Assembly (NCBI GenBank): GCA_965242925.1
Contig: CBDEUM010000009.1
Coordinates: 32,001-96,000 of the forward strand
DNA from: Roseibacillus sp.
GTDB taxonomy: Bacteria; Verrucomicrobiota; Verrucomicrobiia; Verrucomicrobiales; Akkermansiaceae
Length of the DNA: 64,000 bases
Direction of reading: 5' to 3'
Part shown: positions 1 to 10,025 of the stretch, piece after piece
Layout: each line of letters opens with the position of its first letter
Position numbering within the stretch: position 1 is the first letter of the stretch
The notes under the pieces: generated by a model
The model's database searches: none
What the model saw: the letters and a program-made list of their open reading frames with translations, nothing else
What the model was told of the DNA's origin: nothing
Position numbers and translations under genes: made by a program

Positions 1-2
1 GA

Positions 3-749
3 GAACGCCGCGCCGATCTCAATACCTTCTACGCCTTCTGCCGGGTTGTCGACGACATCGCTGACGACACCACCATCCCGACCGAAGAAAAGCGGGCCGC
101 TCTGGGGGCCTGGAAGGAAGCCCTCGAACGAAGCGACAATCCAGATGGCAGCCTTGAATCCGAGGTCGTGGCCATGCGTGATCGCCACTCCATCGATTCA
201 GAACTCATGCAGGAGATCATCCGCGGGTGTGAATCCGACCTTACTCCCCAGCGTTTCGAAACCTGGGACGATCTCCAGAATTATTCCTACCGGGTCGCCT
301 CCACGGTCGGCCTCATCCTGCTTCCCCTCTTCGGTGCAAGCGAGGAAGCTCGTGACTACGGCATCAGTCTCGGCCACTCCCTGCAGCTCACCAATATCCT
401 TCGCGATATCGGAGAGGATCTCGACAACGGACTGCGCATCTACCTCCCTCTCTCCGACCTCCACCGCTTCCAGTATACCGAACGCGACCTCATGGACCGC
501 GTCCACGACGATCGCTTCCTCGCCCTCATGAACTTCGAGGCGGAGCGGGTGGAGCGCCTTTTCGAGGAAACCGTGAATTTGCTGCCTCCCGCCGACCGCC
601 GGGCCCTTCGCGCCGCCGAGGTCATGCGCAAGATCTACCGCGCTCTCCTGAAGCGCATGCGTGGCGACCAGTTCCACGTCTTCGACCGGCGCTACCGCAT
701 CTCCAGCTTCCGCAAATTCAGCATTCTGCTCCGTCAGTTTATCTGCTGA
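3..749 (+). CDS. Squalene/phytoene synthase family protein (HpnC/HpnD/CrtB-like), 5'-truncated by the window edge
   Basis: The frame of ORF 168..749 is open from position 3 and reads ERRADLNTFYAFCRVVDDIADD (first DDxxD). It also has YSYRVASTVG and LGHSLQLTNILRDIGED (second Asp-rich motif). Confidence 0.85.
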   Translation, partial: ERRADLNTFYAFCRVVDDIADDTTIPTEEKRAALGAWKEALERSDNPDGSLESEVVAMRDRHSIDSELMQEIIRGCESDLTPQRFETWDDLQNYSYRVASTVGLILLPLFGASEEARDYGISLGHSLQLTNILRDIGEDLDNGLRIYLPLSDLHRFQYTERDLMDRVHDDRFLALMNFEAERVERLFEETVNLLPPADRRALRAAEVMRKIYRALLKRMRGDQFHVFDRRYRISSFRKFSILLRQFIC

Positions 750-828
750 AAGGCAATTAAGGGTGGTTCCGATTTCCATCTGCGACTATGATCCGTGGAT
801 CGATGGTAATTCAATCATCGCCTGAGTC

Positions 829-1155
829 ATGATCTCCCCGAGAATTCCATTACGACGCTGCATCCCGGCCGGCCTGGCTGCAGTCTCACTGCTAATCCTG
901 TGTTCCTGCACAGAGGATCAGAACCAGGGGACGGGGATCGGAACCGTGCAAAAAAAACCGGCCCGCCCGGCTCCAAAGCCCCGCCCCGACAGCTACAAAA
1001 AGGGCTACAAGACCGAGAATCCCCAGCAGATCATCAGTCCCTATCCGCCCCACAACCTGATCGATATCAGCAAGAACCCCAAAACCGGCGAACCCTTCAG
1101 GAAGGGAGACTTCGCCAAGGATCCCAGCAACGGTCAGATCTTCCGGATCCCGTAA
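829..1155 (+). CDS. Small hypothetical lipoprotein
   Basis: Hydrophobic N-terminus ending LILCSC (lipobox-like), a Pro/Lys-rich linker, and a compact C-terminal motif IISPYPPHNLIDI...DPSNGQIFRIP. Confidence 0.6.
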   Translation: MISPRIPLRRCIPAGLAAVSLLILCSCTEDQNQGTGIGTVQKKPARPAPKPRPDSYKKGYKTENPQQIISPYPPHNLIDISKNPKTGEPFRKGDFAKDPSNGQIFRIP

Positions 1156-1267
1156 CCGGGTTGCCCGGTCATCCGGATTTCCATCACCGCGCTCTCCAGC
1201 AAGAGTGCGGTTTTCTTTTCCCACGCCGCCCCCCCGGGAACCGGCAACCCGGGACTGACACGCCACC

Positions 1268-2371
1268 TCAGGTCTCCCCCCGCTCCTCCTTCTCCAACTC
1301 GATACGATCGGCCAGGTTCCGTGCCTTCACCCTGCGGTTCCGCTTGGCCCAGCGCTCCGTGGTCATGCGGCGTTTCCTGCGCCTCCTGTTGAGCTCCTCG
1401 ATCTCTTCCTCCAATCGCAGATAACTCTGGTAGCGCTCCGGATCGATCCTCCCTCCTTCCACTGCGGTCTCAATGGCACAGCCGGCATCCTTCTGGTGCT
1501 TGCAATCGGCAAAGCGACATTGAGTCGCCAGTTCCTCCACGTCCGCAAAGCTCTCGCGCAGGGTCGCTTCGTCGGTCCACATCTGGATCTCACGCACCCC
1601 CGGATTATCGATGAGAAGTCCGCCTTCCGGCAGCACGATCAACTCACGGTGGGTGGTGGTGTGCCGGCCCCTTCCCGTGACTTCATTGACCTCACTGGTG
1701 TCCTGCCACTCCCCTCCCAGCAACTGGTTCACCAGAGTCGACTTGCCTACTCCGCTGGAACCCATCAGGGTGATCGTCACCCCGGGCCGCAGGTAACTCT
1801 GCAGGACTTCGAGACCCTGCGATTCCAGAGCACTCGTAACGTGGATCCCGGCCACTTCGCTCAACTCCCTCACCTCGCCTGCTGCAGCGGCACAGTGCCC
1901 CTCTGAAAAAAGGTCGGCCTTGTTCAGCAGGATCACCGGCCTGGCCCCGCATCGCTCGATCAGCATCAGATAACGCTCGATACGGCGGAGGCTGTAGTCC
2001 GGCCCCGGATCGGTCACCACCACCACAATATCCACATTTGCCGCCATCACCTGCTCCTGGGCACTCTTCCCGGGCATCTTCCGGGAAAAGCGGGAGAACC
2101 GCGAAAGACGCCCGCGGATGACCACCTCGTCACCTTCTTCTCCCCGGTCCAACACCACCCAGTCGCCCACCGCTGGCAGGTCCGCATCCGTCTCCGCTTC
2201 ATGCCAGGCCTTTCCCCCGAGGACACAGTCAATCTCCTCCCCTCCCTCCAGCAGGGCACTGAAGTTGATCTTCGTTTCCCGGATTAACCGACCGGGGACA
2301 AATCCCTGCCCGGTCCAGGACGCAAACTCCCCGGCAAAGAACTTGTTCCAGCCCAGGTCTTCCAGCGTCAT
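1268..2371 (-). CDS. rsgA: Ribosome small subunit-dependent GTPase A
   Basis: Circularly permuted GTPase motifs [18 protein letters not shown] and DNPG. Zn finger [14 protein letters not shown] and OB-fold PAVGDWV. Start taken at MTLEDLGW (2371); the longer ORF overlaps tdh. Confidence 0.93.
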   Translation of the reverse strand: MTLEDLGWNKFFAGEFASWTGQGFVPGRLIRETKINFSALLEGGEEIDCVLGGKAWHEAETDADLPAVGDWVVLDRGEEGDEVVIRGRLSRFSRFSRKMPGKSAQEQVMAANVDIVVVVTDPGPDYSLRRIERYLMLIERCGARPVILLNKADLFSEGHCAAAAGEVRELSEVAGIHVTSALESQGLEVLQSYLRPGVTITLMGSSGVGKSTLVNQLLGGEWQDTSEVNEVTGRGRHTTTHRELIVLPEGGLLIDNPGVREIQMWTDEATLRESFADVEELATQCRFADCKHQKDAGCAIETAVEGGRIDPERYQSYLRLEEEIEELNRRRRKRRMTTERWAKRNRRVKARNLADRIELEKEERGET

Positions 2372-2473
2372 TCCTCCGCAAGGTTCATCCGGATTCAGGA
2401 CGCTGGAAACCGAAATCTTCAGCGAAGGCGATTGCAATCGCACCTGACACAACATAGCCCATGGCGAACAGGC

Positions 2474-3499
2474 ATGCGCGCATTGCTCAAAACCCGGCCC
2501 GAACCGGGACTCGACCTCCTCGATGTCCCGGTCCCCGACATCGGCCCCATGGATGTGCTCATCCGCATTTCCAGGACTGCCATCTGTGGAACCGATCTCC
2601 ACATCTGGAACTGGGATTCATGGGCAGGAAAAACCATCCCCATTCCCATGACGGTGGGCCACGAGTACTGTGGCTACGTGGAGAAAACCGGCTCGGGCGT
2701 AACCGATCTGGTCCCCGGTGACTACGTCTCTGGTGAGGGGCACCTCGTGTGCGGACGCTGCCGGAACTGCCTCGCCGGCCGCCGCCACCTCTGCCCCAAC
2801 ACCGAGGGCGTGGGGGTAAACCGGCCCGGAGCCTTCGCCGAGTTCCTCTCCCTCCCCTACCGCAACGTCTACAAGCTCGACCCCGCCATCCCCGAGAACC
2901 TGGCCGCCATCTTCGATCCTCTCGGAAATGCGGTTCATACCGCCCTCTCCTGGGACCTCGTCGCCGAGGACGTCCTCATCACCGGCGCCGGGCCCATCGG
3001 CTGCATGGCTGCCGCCGTCTGCCGATTCGCCGGTGCCCGCCACGTGGTGGTGACCGACCCCAATCCCTTCCGCCTCGATCTCGCCAGACAATTGGGGGCC
3101 ACCCGCACCATTAATATCGATCAGGAGTCGCTGGCTGATGTGAAGGATGAACTCGACATGAAGGAGGGATTCGACATCGGACTCGAAATGTCCGGGCACC
3201 CTTCCGGACTGGCCGACATTCTGGAACACTCCTCGCATGGTGCCCGTATCTCCCTCCTTGGTATCTTTCCCGACAAGTTTGAGATCGACTTTGACAAGGT
3301 CATCTTCAAGGGGCTCATCCTGAAAGGCATCTACGGTCGCGAAATGTTCGAGACCTGGTACAAGATGAGTTCCATGATCCGCGCCGGCCTGGATCCCACC
3401 GCCGTGATCACCCACGAGTTTCCCGTGGCCGATTTCGAGGAGGCCTTTCAAACCATGCTCTCCGGAAAGAGCGGAAAGATCGTCCTCAACTGGTCCTGA
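2474..3499 (+). CDS. tdh: L-threonine 3-dehydrogenase
   Basis: [19 protein letters not shown], structural Zn cluster CGRCRNC...C, GAGPIG and [14 protein letters not shown] are all characteristic of Tdh. Confidence 0.93.
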   Translation: MRALLKTRPEPGLDLLDVPVPDIGPMDVLIRISRTAICGTDLHIWNWDSWAGKTIPIPMTVGHEYCGYVEKTGSGVTDLVPGDYVSGEGHLVCGRCRNCLAGRRHLCPNTEGVGVNRPGAFAEFLSLPYRNVYKLDPAIPENLAAIFDPLGNAVHTALSWDLVAEDVLITGAGPIGCMAAAVCRFAGARHVVVTDPNPFRLDLARQLGATRTINIDQESLADVKDELDMKEGFDIGLEMSGHPSGLADILEHSSHGARISLLGIFPDKFEIDFDKVIFKGLILKGIYGREMFETWYKMSSMIRAGLDPTAVITHEFPVADFEEAFQTMLSGKSGKIVLNWS

Positions 3500-3614
3500 A
3501 CGGCCCGGCCCACAACGCTCCGCAGTTAGAGGTTCAACTGCCCAGCCAGTCCCGCCTGACGGAAGCGGTTTTCTCTCTGGTTTGACTGTATTTCTGGCCA
3601 TAATTCCCCGTTTT

Positions 3615-3660
3615 TGCTCGGAAGTGATCACATTTTGTTCATTTTTGCGCATAGTGTTCA
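3615..3660. promoter_or_regulatory. Phased TGNTCA-like hexamer array upstream of the histidine kinase gene (candidate operator)
   Basis: tgctcg(3615), tgatca(3625), tgttca(3636), tgcgca(3646), tgttca(3655). Spacing is 9-11 bp with mostly A/T-rich spacers. Confidence 0.55.
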
Positions 3661-5012
3661 ATCAACTTCCAGGGCGGCGCGGCAGCCTTTACCGGCGCCT
3701 CGTCATTCCGCTCTCCGCCTTCGTGCTTCTGGCCTCCCTTGGGCTGGCGATCTGGATTTCCTCCCTCCACCGACGGGAGTCCATGCGCCGCTTTCAGCAA
3801 ACCGCCGTCAGCAATGCCGGCTTCATGGGCCAAGTCCCCCTCCCGCGCTCGAGTGAAATGGCCCGGCGGCTATCCGCCATTCTCGAGGTCAGAGTCGCCT
3901 TCCTTCGGGCGGACGGAACCATTGTCCGTTCTTCCGAGGACGGATGGCCCAGGGATCTTGGAACAGTTCTCAAGGAGATCGCAGGAAGCGAAACCACCGC
4001 CACCCGGGTCGGGGACCATGATCTCGCCATCACCCCGCTCACCGGATCGCAGGACCATCTCATTCTCGTACGCGGGAAGGAAGGCGGCCTGGCCGGGCTG
4101 GGAGGGTGGGTCCTCGCCCCCACCCTTTTTCTCACCGGCGCCTTCGGCTGCCTCGTCTTTCTCCTTGCTCACCGTATCGTACGTCCCCTGACGGTTCTTA
4201 CGCGCTGGCTTCCCAACCTCAAACACGACGAAGAACCCGCCGAGTCCATTCCCCCTGCCCTCTCCGCACGCAGCGATGAACTGGGCCAGCTTGCCCGCTC
4301 CCTGCAGGAAACCCATCAATCCCTCCTCCACGAACAGAAACTGCGCCACCAGTCCGAACGGCTTGCCACCCTCGGCCGTATTGCCACCAGTCTCGCTCAT
4401 GAAATCCGTAATCCCGCCGCGGCCATCCGTATGCACGCCGATCTCATCGAACCCGGGGTAGAGCCCGGGGGATCTGAATCCATCTCCCTCATTCGCGAAG
4501 AAGTCGAACGCATCACTGACCTCGTCAACCAATGGCTCTTCGTCGCCCGGGCCGCCCCGCCAGAACGCCGGTCGCATGACCTCGGCGAGATGCTCACCGC
4601 CGTTGCCCGGCGCCAGAAACCGGCTCTCCGCCATGCCGGATCACACCTCAGAATCGAGGCGGGCAACCCCGCCCTGATCGCCTGCGACAAGCTCCGGATC
4701 GAACAGGTCATCCGCAACCTCATCGTCAACGCCAGCCAGGCCATGCCGGACGGCGGTGAGATCATGGCCTGCGTCAAGCCGGGTGAAGAACGCGTCCAAC
4801 TGGCCATCCGCGACTCCGGAACCGGATTCAGCGCCGAGGCCCTCGACCGTTTTGGTGAACCGTTCTTCTCAGAACGGGAAGGCGGGATGGGCATCGGCCT
4901 GACCCTCGCCCGGGAAGTCGTGCAAGCCCACGACGGATCGATCCAGGTTTCCAATGCCCCGGAGGGCGGAGCCCTTGTGACCATTACCCTGCCTCTTCAT
5001 TCAGCCTCCTGA
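3654..5012 (+). CDS. Membrane sensor histidine kinase (HAMP-HisKA-HATPase, NtrB-like)
   Basis: Two TM segments, HAMP (IVRPL...DELGQLA), H-box LAHEIRNP, N-box NLIVNASQAM and G-boxes DSGTG / GMGIGL. Start uncertain (GTG 3654 chosen). Confidence 0.9.
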   Translation: MFNQLPGRRGSLYRRLVIPLSAFVLLASLGLAIWISSLHRRESMRRFQQTAVSNAGFMGQVPLPRSSEMARRLSAILEVRVAFLRADGTIVRSSEDGWPRDLGTVLKEIAGSETTATRVGDHDLAITPLTGSQDHLILVRGKEGGLAGLGGWVLAPTLFLTGAFGCLVFLLAHRIVRPLTVLTRWLPNLKHDEEPAESIPPALSARSDELGQLARSLQETHQSLLHEQKLRHQSERLATLGRIATSLAHEIRNPAAAIRMHADLIEPGVEPGGSESISLIREEVERITDLVNQWLFVARAAPPERRSHDLGEMLTAVARRQKPALRHAGSHLRIEAGNPALIACDKLRIEQVIRNLIVNASQAMPDGGEIMACVKPGEERVQLAIRDSGTGFSAEALDRFGEPFFSEREGGMGIGLTLAREVVQAHDGSIQVSNAPEGGALVTITLPLHSAS

Positions 5013-5021
5013 GACTCACCC

Positions 5022-6320
5022 ATGAACCTTCCCCGCGTTCTCATCGTCGAAGACGAACACGCCCTGGCCCTGGCTCTCGCTGCCGCAGTCCGTCAGGCCA
5101 GTGTCGACAGCGACCTCGCCCCCACCGCGGCCCAGGCGCGCCGACACCTCGACTCGGCCACGAACTACGAGGCCATGATCCTCGACATTGGCCTGCCGGA
5201 TCAGAATGGCCTGGAGTTCCTGGAGTCACTTCCCCCGGAGAACCGCCCTCCCACCATCGTCATCACTGCTCACGGCGAGATCCAGAATACGATCGCCGCC
5301 CGCAAACTGGGCGTGATCGACTTCCTTCCCAAACCCCTCGACTTTGATGAGTTCCAGTCCGTCCTGCGGCGGGTCGTCAAACCGAACCGCCGCCAGCCGG
5401 ATCCAGCCGCTCCCGCTCCCGAAACCGTGGCCTTTCTCGGTGCCGCCCCGAACATGCGGCCGGTCTTCCAGCAAATTGCCCACTCCTGTGCCTCCGATGA
5501 TCCCGTTCTGGTGCGTGGGGCTACCGGCACCGGCAAGTCCCACGCGGCCCGGCTCATCCAGAGCAACAGCATGCGGAGTGGACCGGCTGAAACTCTTGTG
5601 ATCGGACCTTCCTCCACCACCGAGGAGCTGAACGCCGCCCTCCAGCAGGCAAACAACGGGGTCCTCATCCTGGAGGAGGTGGCCTCCCTCAACAATGAAG
5701 GACAGGCCGAGCTCGTCCGCCAGATCGAGGCGGGAACGGAGGGGGTGTTCCCCCGCCTCATCGCCACCACCCACGAGAACCTGCGCGAGCTGGTGGGTGC
5801 GGAGGCCTTCCGGAGTGACCTCTTCTACCGTCTCCAGGTCCTGGAAGTTCGCCTGCCTTCGCTCTCCGACCGCATGGAGGATCTTCCGGCCCTGGTCTCC
5901 TACTTCATCGGTCAGCTTCTCCCTGATCGCAACCTCGGCATCACCGAGGCAAGCCTCGGCCGACTCATGTCCCATGACTGGCCCGGCAACCTCCGCGAGT
6001 TGCGCAATTCTATCGCCTTCGCCCTGACCGTGAATTCCGGTGCGGCTGCCATCGAGGGAAGCGACCTCCCGGATTACCTCAGGAACGAAACGTCCGCCGT
6101 CGACGAGCAGGCACCCGCCCTCCTCGTGCAGGCCCTCGACAGCTGGCTCGATTCCCGCCTCCAGGAAGAGGAAGAAACGGTTTACCGTGACCTTGCCGAA
6201 ACCCTTGAAGCCACCCTTATCCGCCGCCTGCTTGATCGCTATGACGGTAAGCTGGCCCGCATGGCCTCCGCTCTCCACGCCAATCGGACCACCCTGCGAC
6301 GCCGTCTGCAGAATTCCTGA
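5022..6320 (+). CDS. NtrC-like response regulator (REC-AAA+-Fis HTH) with a degenerate sigma54-interaction region
   Basis: REC motifs LIVEDE, ILDIGLPD and LPKP. Walker A GATGTGKS, FRSDLFYRL, WPGNLRELRN and C-terminal HTH NRTTLRRRL. No ESELFG/GAFTGA segment; Walker B reads LILEEV. Confidence 0.88.
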   Translation: MNLPRVLIVEDEHALALALAAAVRQASVDSDLAPTAAQARRHLDSATNYEAMILDIGLPDQNGLEFLESLPPENRPPTIVITAHGEIQNTIAARKLGVIDFLPKPLDFDEFQSVLRRVVKPNRRQPDPAAPAPETVAFLGAAPNMRPVFQQIAHSCASDDPVLVRGATGTGKSHAARLIQSNSMRSGPAETLVIGPSSTTEELNAALQQANNGVLILEEVASLNNEGQAELVRQIEAGTEGVFPRLIATTHENLRELVGAEAFRSDLFYRLQVLEVRLPSLSDRMEDLPALVSYFIGQLLPDRNLGITEASLGRLMSHDWPGNLRELRNSIAFALTVNSGAAAIEGSDLPDYLRNETSAVDEQAPALLVQALDSWLDSRLQEEEETVYRDLAETLEATLIRRLLDRYDGKLARMASALHANRTTLRRRLQNS

Positions 6321-6321
6321 C

Positions 6322-6360
6322 TGCTCAGTTCGTGGTCAGCAACTGATCAAAACCTGATCC
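6322..6360. promoter_or_regulatory. Four TGNTC(A/C) hexamers at exact 11-bp period upstream of the TonB-dependent receptor (candidate operator)
   Basis: tgctca(6322), tggtca(6333), tgatca(6344), tgatcc(6355). Confidence 0.6.
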
Positions 6361-6432
6361 CGATTCAAATACCGGAGACACGCCTTCTCGAACACCTTGT
6401 CTTCCCGGGCACCTGTGGACACCGTCCCCGGC

Positions 6433-8567
6433 ATGCACCACCCGCTGCCTGTCTGCATCCGGACCCTCTCCCCCGGGTTCCCGCAGACAGCAACCTGCAT
6501 CGTCCTCACCGTTTCGCTCTGGTCCGCAGCCCCTGCTCCCCGACTCCGGGCGGCTGAGCCCCTTCTCCTGCCGGAGACCGTCGTGACTGCCAGCCGGACT
6601 GATGAGGACTCCCTGCAGTCCATGAGCTCCATCGGAGTGGTCACCGCCGCACAGTTCCAGCAGCAGAGCTATCGGACCATTCCCGAGGCTCTCACCAACA
6701 CTCCCGGGGTAATGGTCCAGAAGACCACCCACGGGCATGGCAGTCCCTTCATCCGCGGCTTCACCGGACGGCAGAACCTCCTTCTCGTCGACGGAATACG
6801 CATCAACAACAGCACCTACCGCAGCGGTCCGGTACAATACTGGAACACCGTAGACGGCTTCTCCATGGACCGCCTCGAACTGGTCCGCGGCCAGGGGTCC
6901 GTGCAGTACGGCAGCGACGCCCTGGGCGGCACCATGAACATTCTCACCGCCGGGACTGGATTCCTTGACGCTGATCCGGGCTGGTTTCACCGGGGAAGCG
7001 CCAATACCGCTTCAACACCAACAGCAGCAGCCACGTTGGTCGCCTTGAAACCCGCTTTGGTGAGGGCGGAGTGTGGGGGGCCTCCCTCGGGGTGACCGGG
7101 AAGGAATTCGGCGACATCCGTGACAGCGGAGTGGGACGAATGAAAAACACCGGCTACCCGGAACAGAATCTCGATCTCAAGGTCGAGGCTCTTCTCCATC
7201 CCGGCACCACGGTCACCATGGCTCACCAGTATCTCAACCAGGACGATGTCTGGCGGTGGCACAGCACCATTTTCAATGACACCCCCTGGAACGGCACCAG
7301 GACAGGCTCCTTCCCGGTCCGGATCTACGACCAGAAACACAGCCTCACCTCCCTCAAGGTCGTCGGCGAGTTGGAGGACGGCATGGTGCAGAACTACAGC
7401 GCCACCCTCTCCTTCCAGCGCACTCAGGACAGCGAGTTCCAGAACCGCAGCCCTGCCGATATCCGGAACCAGGTCATCGACGTGGACACCTACGGAATCA
7501 ATCTCCAGCTCGAGAGCGAACTGCTCGGTGGTGATCTGGTCTATGGCCTCGACTACTACCGGGATGAAATCGACTCCGCCGGCACCCGCACCGGCCGTGA
7601 TCCCCGCAGCCGCCGACCGGTGGCCGACGATTCGACCTACCATCTCTTCGGGGTCTTCGCCCAGTTGCGCCGTCCGGTCACCGGGAATCTGGAAACCACC
7701 GTGGGTGCCCGCCTGACCCACGCCGAGGCTGATCTCGGGAAGGTCTGGGATCCTGCCCACGGAGTCGACATCTCCGCCCGCGACGACTGGACCAACATGG
7801 TCTTCAATGCCCGCACCCTCTACCGGCTCAGCGACACTTGGAACCTCTACGGTGGCGCGAGCCAGGGATTCCGGGCACCCAACGCCAACGATCTCAGCGG
7901 CAACATCACCTCCCGCAGTGGACAACAGCAACTCGGCTCCCTCGACCTTGAACCCGAGAAGTCGTGGACCTTCGAGGTAGGATCACGCTTCAACAACGAC
8001 ACCGTGAGCCTGGGGGCGACCGGCTTCTGCACCCTGGTCGATGACCTGATCATCAGCGTGCCCGCTGCCCCGGGTGGCAACACGGTGTCGGCTGCCAACG
8101 CCCAGGAAGCTGAAATCGTGGGCCTGGAACTGGAAGCGGCCGTGCGCATCCTCGAGAACCTCACCCTCTCCGGTCATCTCACCTGGCAGGATGGTGAAAC
8201 CACCAGTCCCGCCTTTCTCGACGGTCCCGGCGTGGAGGCACCGGTCAGCCGCCTCTCACCCCTCGTGGGCAGCGTGGCCCTGCGCTACGACTCCCCCGAC
8301 CAGCGCTGGTGGGTGGAAGGGCGGATCACCGCCGCCGCCAGGCAGGACGAGCTCAGCGCCCGCGACCAGGGCGACACCCAGCGCATCCCCCCGGGGGGAA
8401 CTCCCGGTTACCTCGTGGCCTCGGTCCACGCCGGGGTACAGGTCACCGAGAACCTCCAACTGAACGCCGCCCTCGAAAACATCACTGATGAGGACTACCG
8501 CATCCACGGCTCGGGCGTGAACCAGCCCGGCATCAGCGCCATCATCGGGGGGAAACTGAGCTGGTAA
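6433..8567 (+). pseudogene. TonB-dependent outer-membrane receptor, split by a 1-nt frameshift near 6991-7004 (pseudogene or sequence error)
   Basis: The first frame has TonB box ETVVTASR and plug motifs SPFIRG, LLLVDG, ELVRGQGSVQYGSDALGG. The barrel with GFRAPN, LEPEKS, ENITDEDY and terminal W is in the next frame, which is open from 6975. Joined length is about 711 aa. Confidence 0.85.
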
Positions 8568-8627
8568 AAGCCGAAGGCGCCCCCCTGTGCCATTGACCGC
8601 GAGACTGTCCAGACCAACCCGTTCAGT

Positions 8628-9962
8628 CTAGAGGATCCAACCCTTGCGGTAGGGACGGTGGAGGAGTCCGCTGGCACCCGGATGGTCCGGGATCTCGCCG
8701 GTCAGGGGATCGTAGTGGAAGGGCTCGCCCACGATCCCGGCCACGTTAGCAAGTTGAATCAGTTCGGTGAGCGGACCACCGATCGCAAAGCTGGAGAAGG
8801 CCTCCCCCTTGCCCTTGCAGGCCTCGATCCACTCACGGTGGTGACCGACTCCACGGGGCAGGGTCCTGGGCGGCTCCTTGAGAGCCCCCTTGTTCTTGGA
8901 AAGAATTTCCGAACTCGTGTTCCAGGGGTTGGAGGAGTAGATGCTGCCCTTTGTGCCAACGAGCAGGGACCCGAATGATCCCGCTTGCTTGCCATGGAGG
9001 AGCTCCGATCCCGGACGCATCTCCTTCCCGCTGGAAACGGTCAACTTGACCGCTGGCAGGTCACCCCGGGCGGGGATGTGAAAGTGAACGCGGGTCGAGG
9101 AAGGATAACCCTCTGCATGTACCCCGGTGGCCTCGCCCTCGATCCGGATCCGCTTGGCGTTGCTGGAACCCCCGGGCTCCCAGAGCTTACCAAGCTCCAG
9201 GCAACGGAAGAGAAAGTTCCCGGTGTGGCACCCCATGTCCCCGAGGCTGCCGCTGCCGAAATGCCGCCAGCCCCTCCAGATGAAGGGCAGGTAGCTGGGG
9301 TGATAGGGACGCTCGGACGCCGGACCCAGCCAGAGATCCCAGTCGAGACTCTTGGGAACCGGGGGCGTATCCTTGGGCCGGGTCATCGTCCCGCTACCAT
9401 CGCCCACCCAGAGGTAGGCCTCGCGGACGGGACCAACCGTTCCGGCTGCACCCCACTCGGTGGCGCGGCGCACGCCTTCCGAGGCCGAACCCTGGTTGCC
9501 CATCTGGGTCACCACCTTGTGCTTGGCCGCAGTCAGGCGCATCATGCGGGCCTCGTGCACGGTGCGAGTCAACGGCTTTTCGCAGTAAACGTGCTTGCCC
9601 TGCTTCATGGCTCCGACCGCGGCCACGGCATGGGTGTGGTCCGGGGTGCACACCACCACCGCATCGATCTGCTTGTCCATCTCTGAGAGCATGCGCCGGA
9701 AATCCTTGTATTGCTTGGCCTTGGAGTGTTCCCGCAGCATGCGTGCTCCCCGCTTTTCATCCACATCGCAGACGGCCACCACGTTCTCGCCGGACACACT
9801 CCTGACATTGCCTTCCCCCTGGCCTCCGACCCCGATGCAGGCCATGTTCAGTTTTTCGTTGGCCTGGTATCCGAAGGCCACCCGGCTGCTGCAGATCAGG
9901 AGACCCGCCCCCGTGCTCCCCTTGAGAAATCCCCGTCGGTTCAAAGATGTTTGCTTGGACAT
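8628..9962 (-). CDS. Tat-exported Gfo/Idh/MocA family oxidoreductase
   Basis: NRRGFLK Tat motif, IGVGGQG, TPDHTHA, HVYCEKPL, DWDLWLGP, LGDMGCH. Confidence 0.9.
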   Translation of the reverse strand: MSKQTSLNRRGFLKGSTGAGLLICSSRVAFGYQANEKLNMACIGVGGQGEGNVRSVSGENVVAVCDVDEKRGARMLREHSKAKQYKDFRRMLSEMDKQIDAVVVCTPDHTHAVAAVGAMKQGKHVYCEKPLTRTVHEARMMRLTAAKHKVVTQMGNQGSASEGVRRATEWGAAGTVGPVREAYLWVGDGSGTMTRPKDTPPVPKSLDWDLWLGPASERPYHPSYLPFIWRGWRHFGSGSLGDMGCHTGNFLFRCLELGKLWEPGGSSNAKRIRIEGEATGVHAEGYPSSTRVHFHIPARGDLPAVKLTVSSGKEMRPGSELLHGKQAGSFGSLLVGTKGSIYSSNPWNTSSEILSKNKGALKEPPRTLPRGVGHHREWIEACKGKGEAFSSFAIGGPLTELIQLANVAGIVGEPFHYDPLTGEIPDHPGASGLLHRPYRKGWIL

Positions 9963-10025
9963 ATCCCCTTGTTCGCCCAATCCAGCCCCGACCGCAAGAA
10001 AACTATAGGGTGCCGGCCCTCGGTC

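Noticed and set aside
2474..3499. tdh without an adjacent kbl
   Set aside because: The two genes are often unlinked, so this is uninformative without the rest of the genome.
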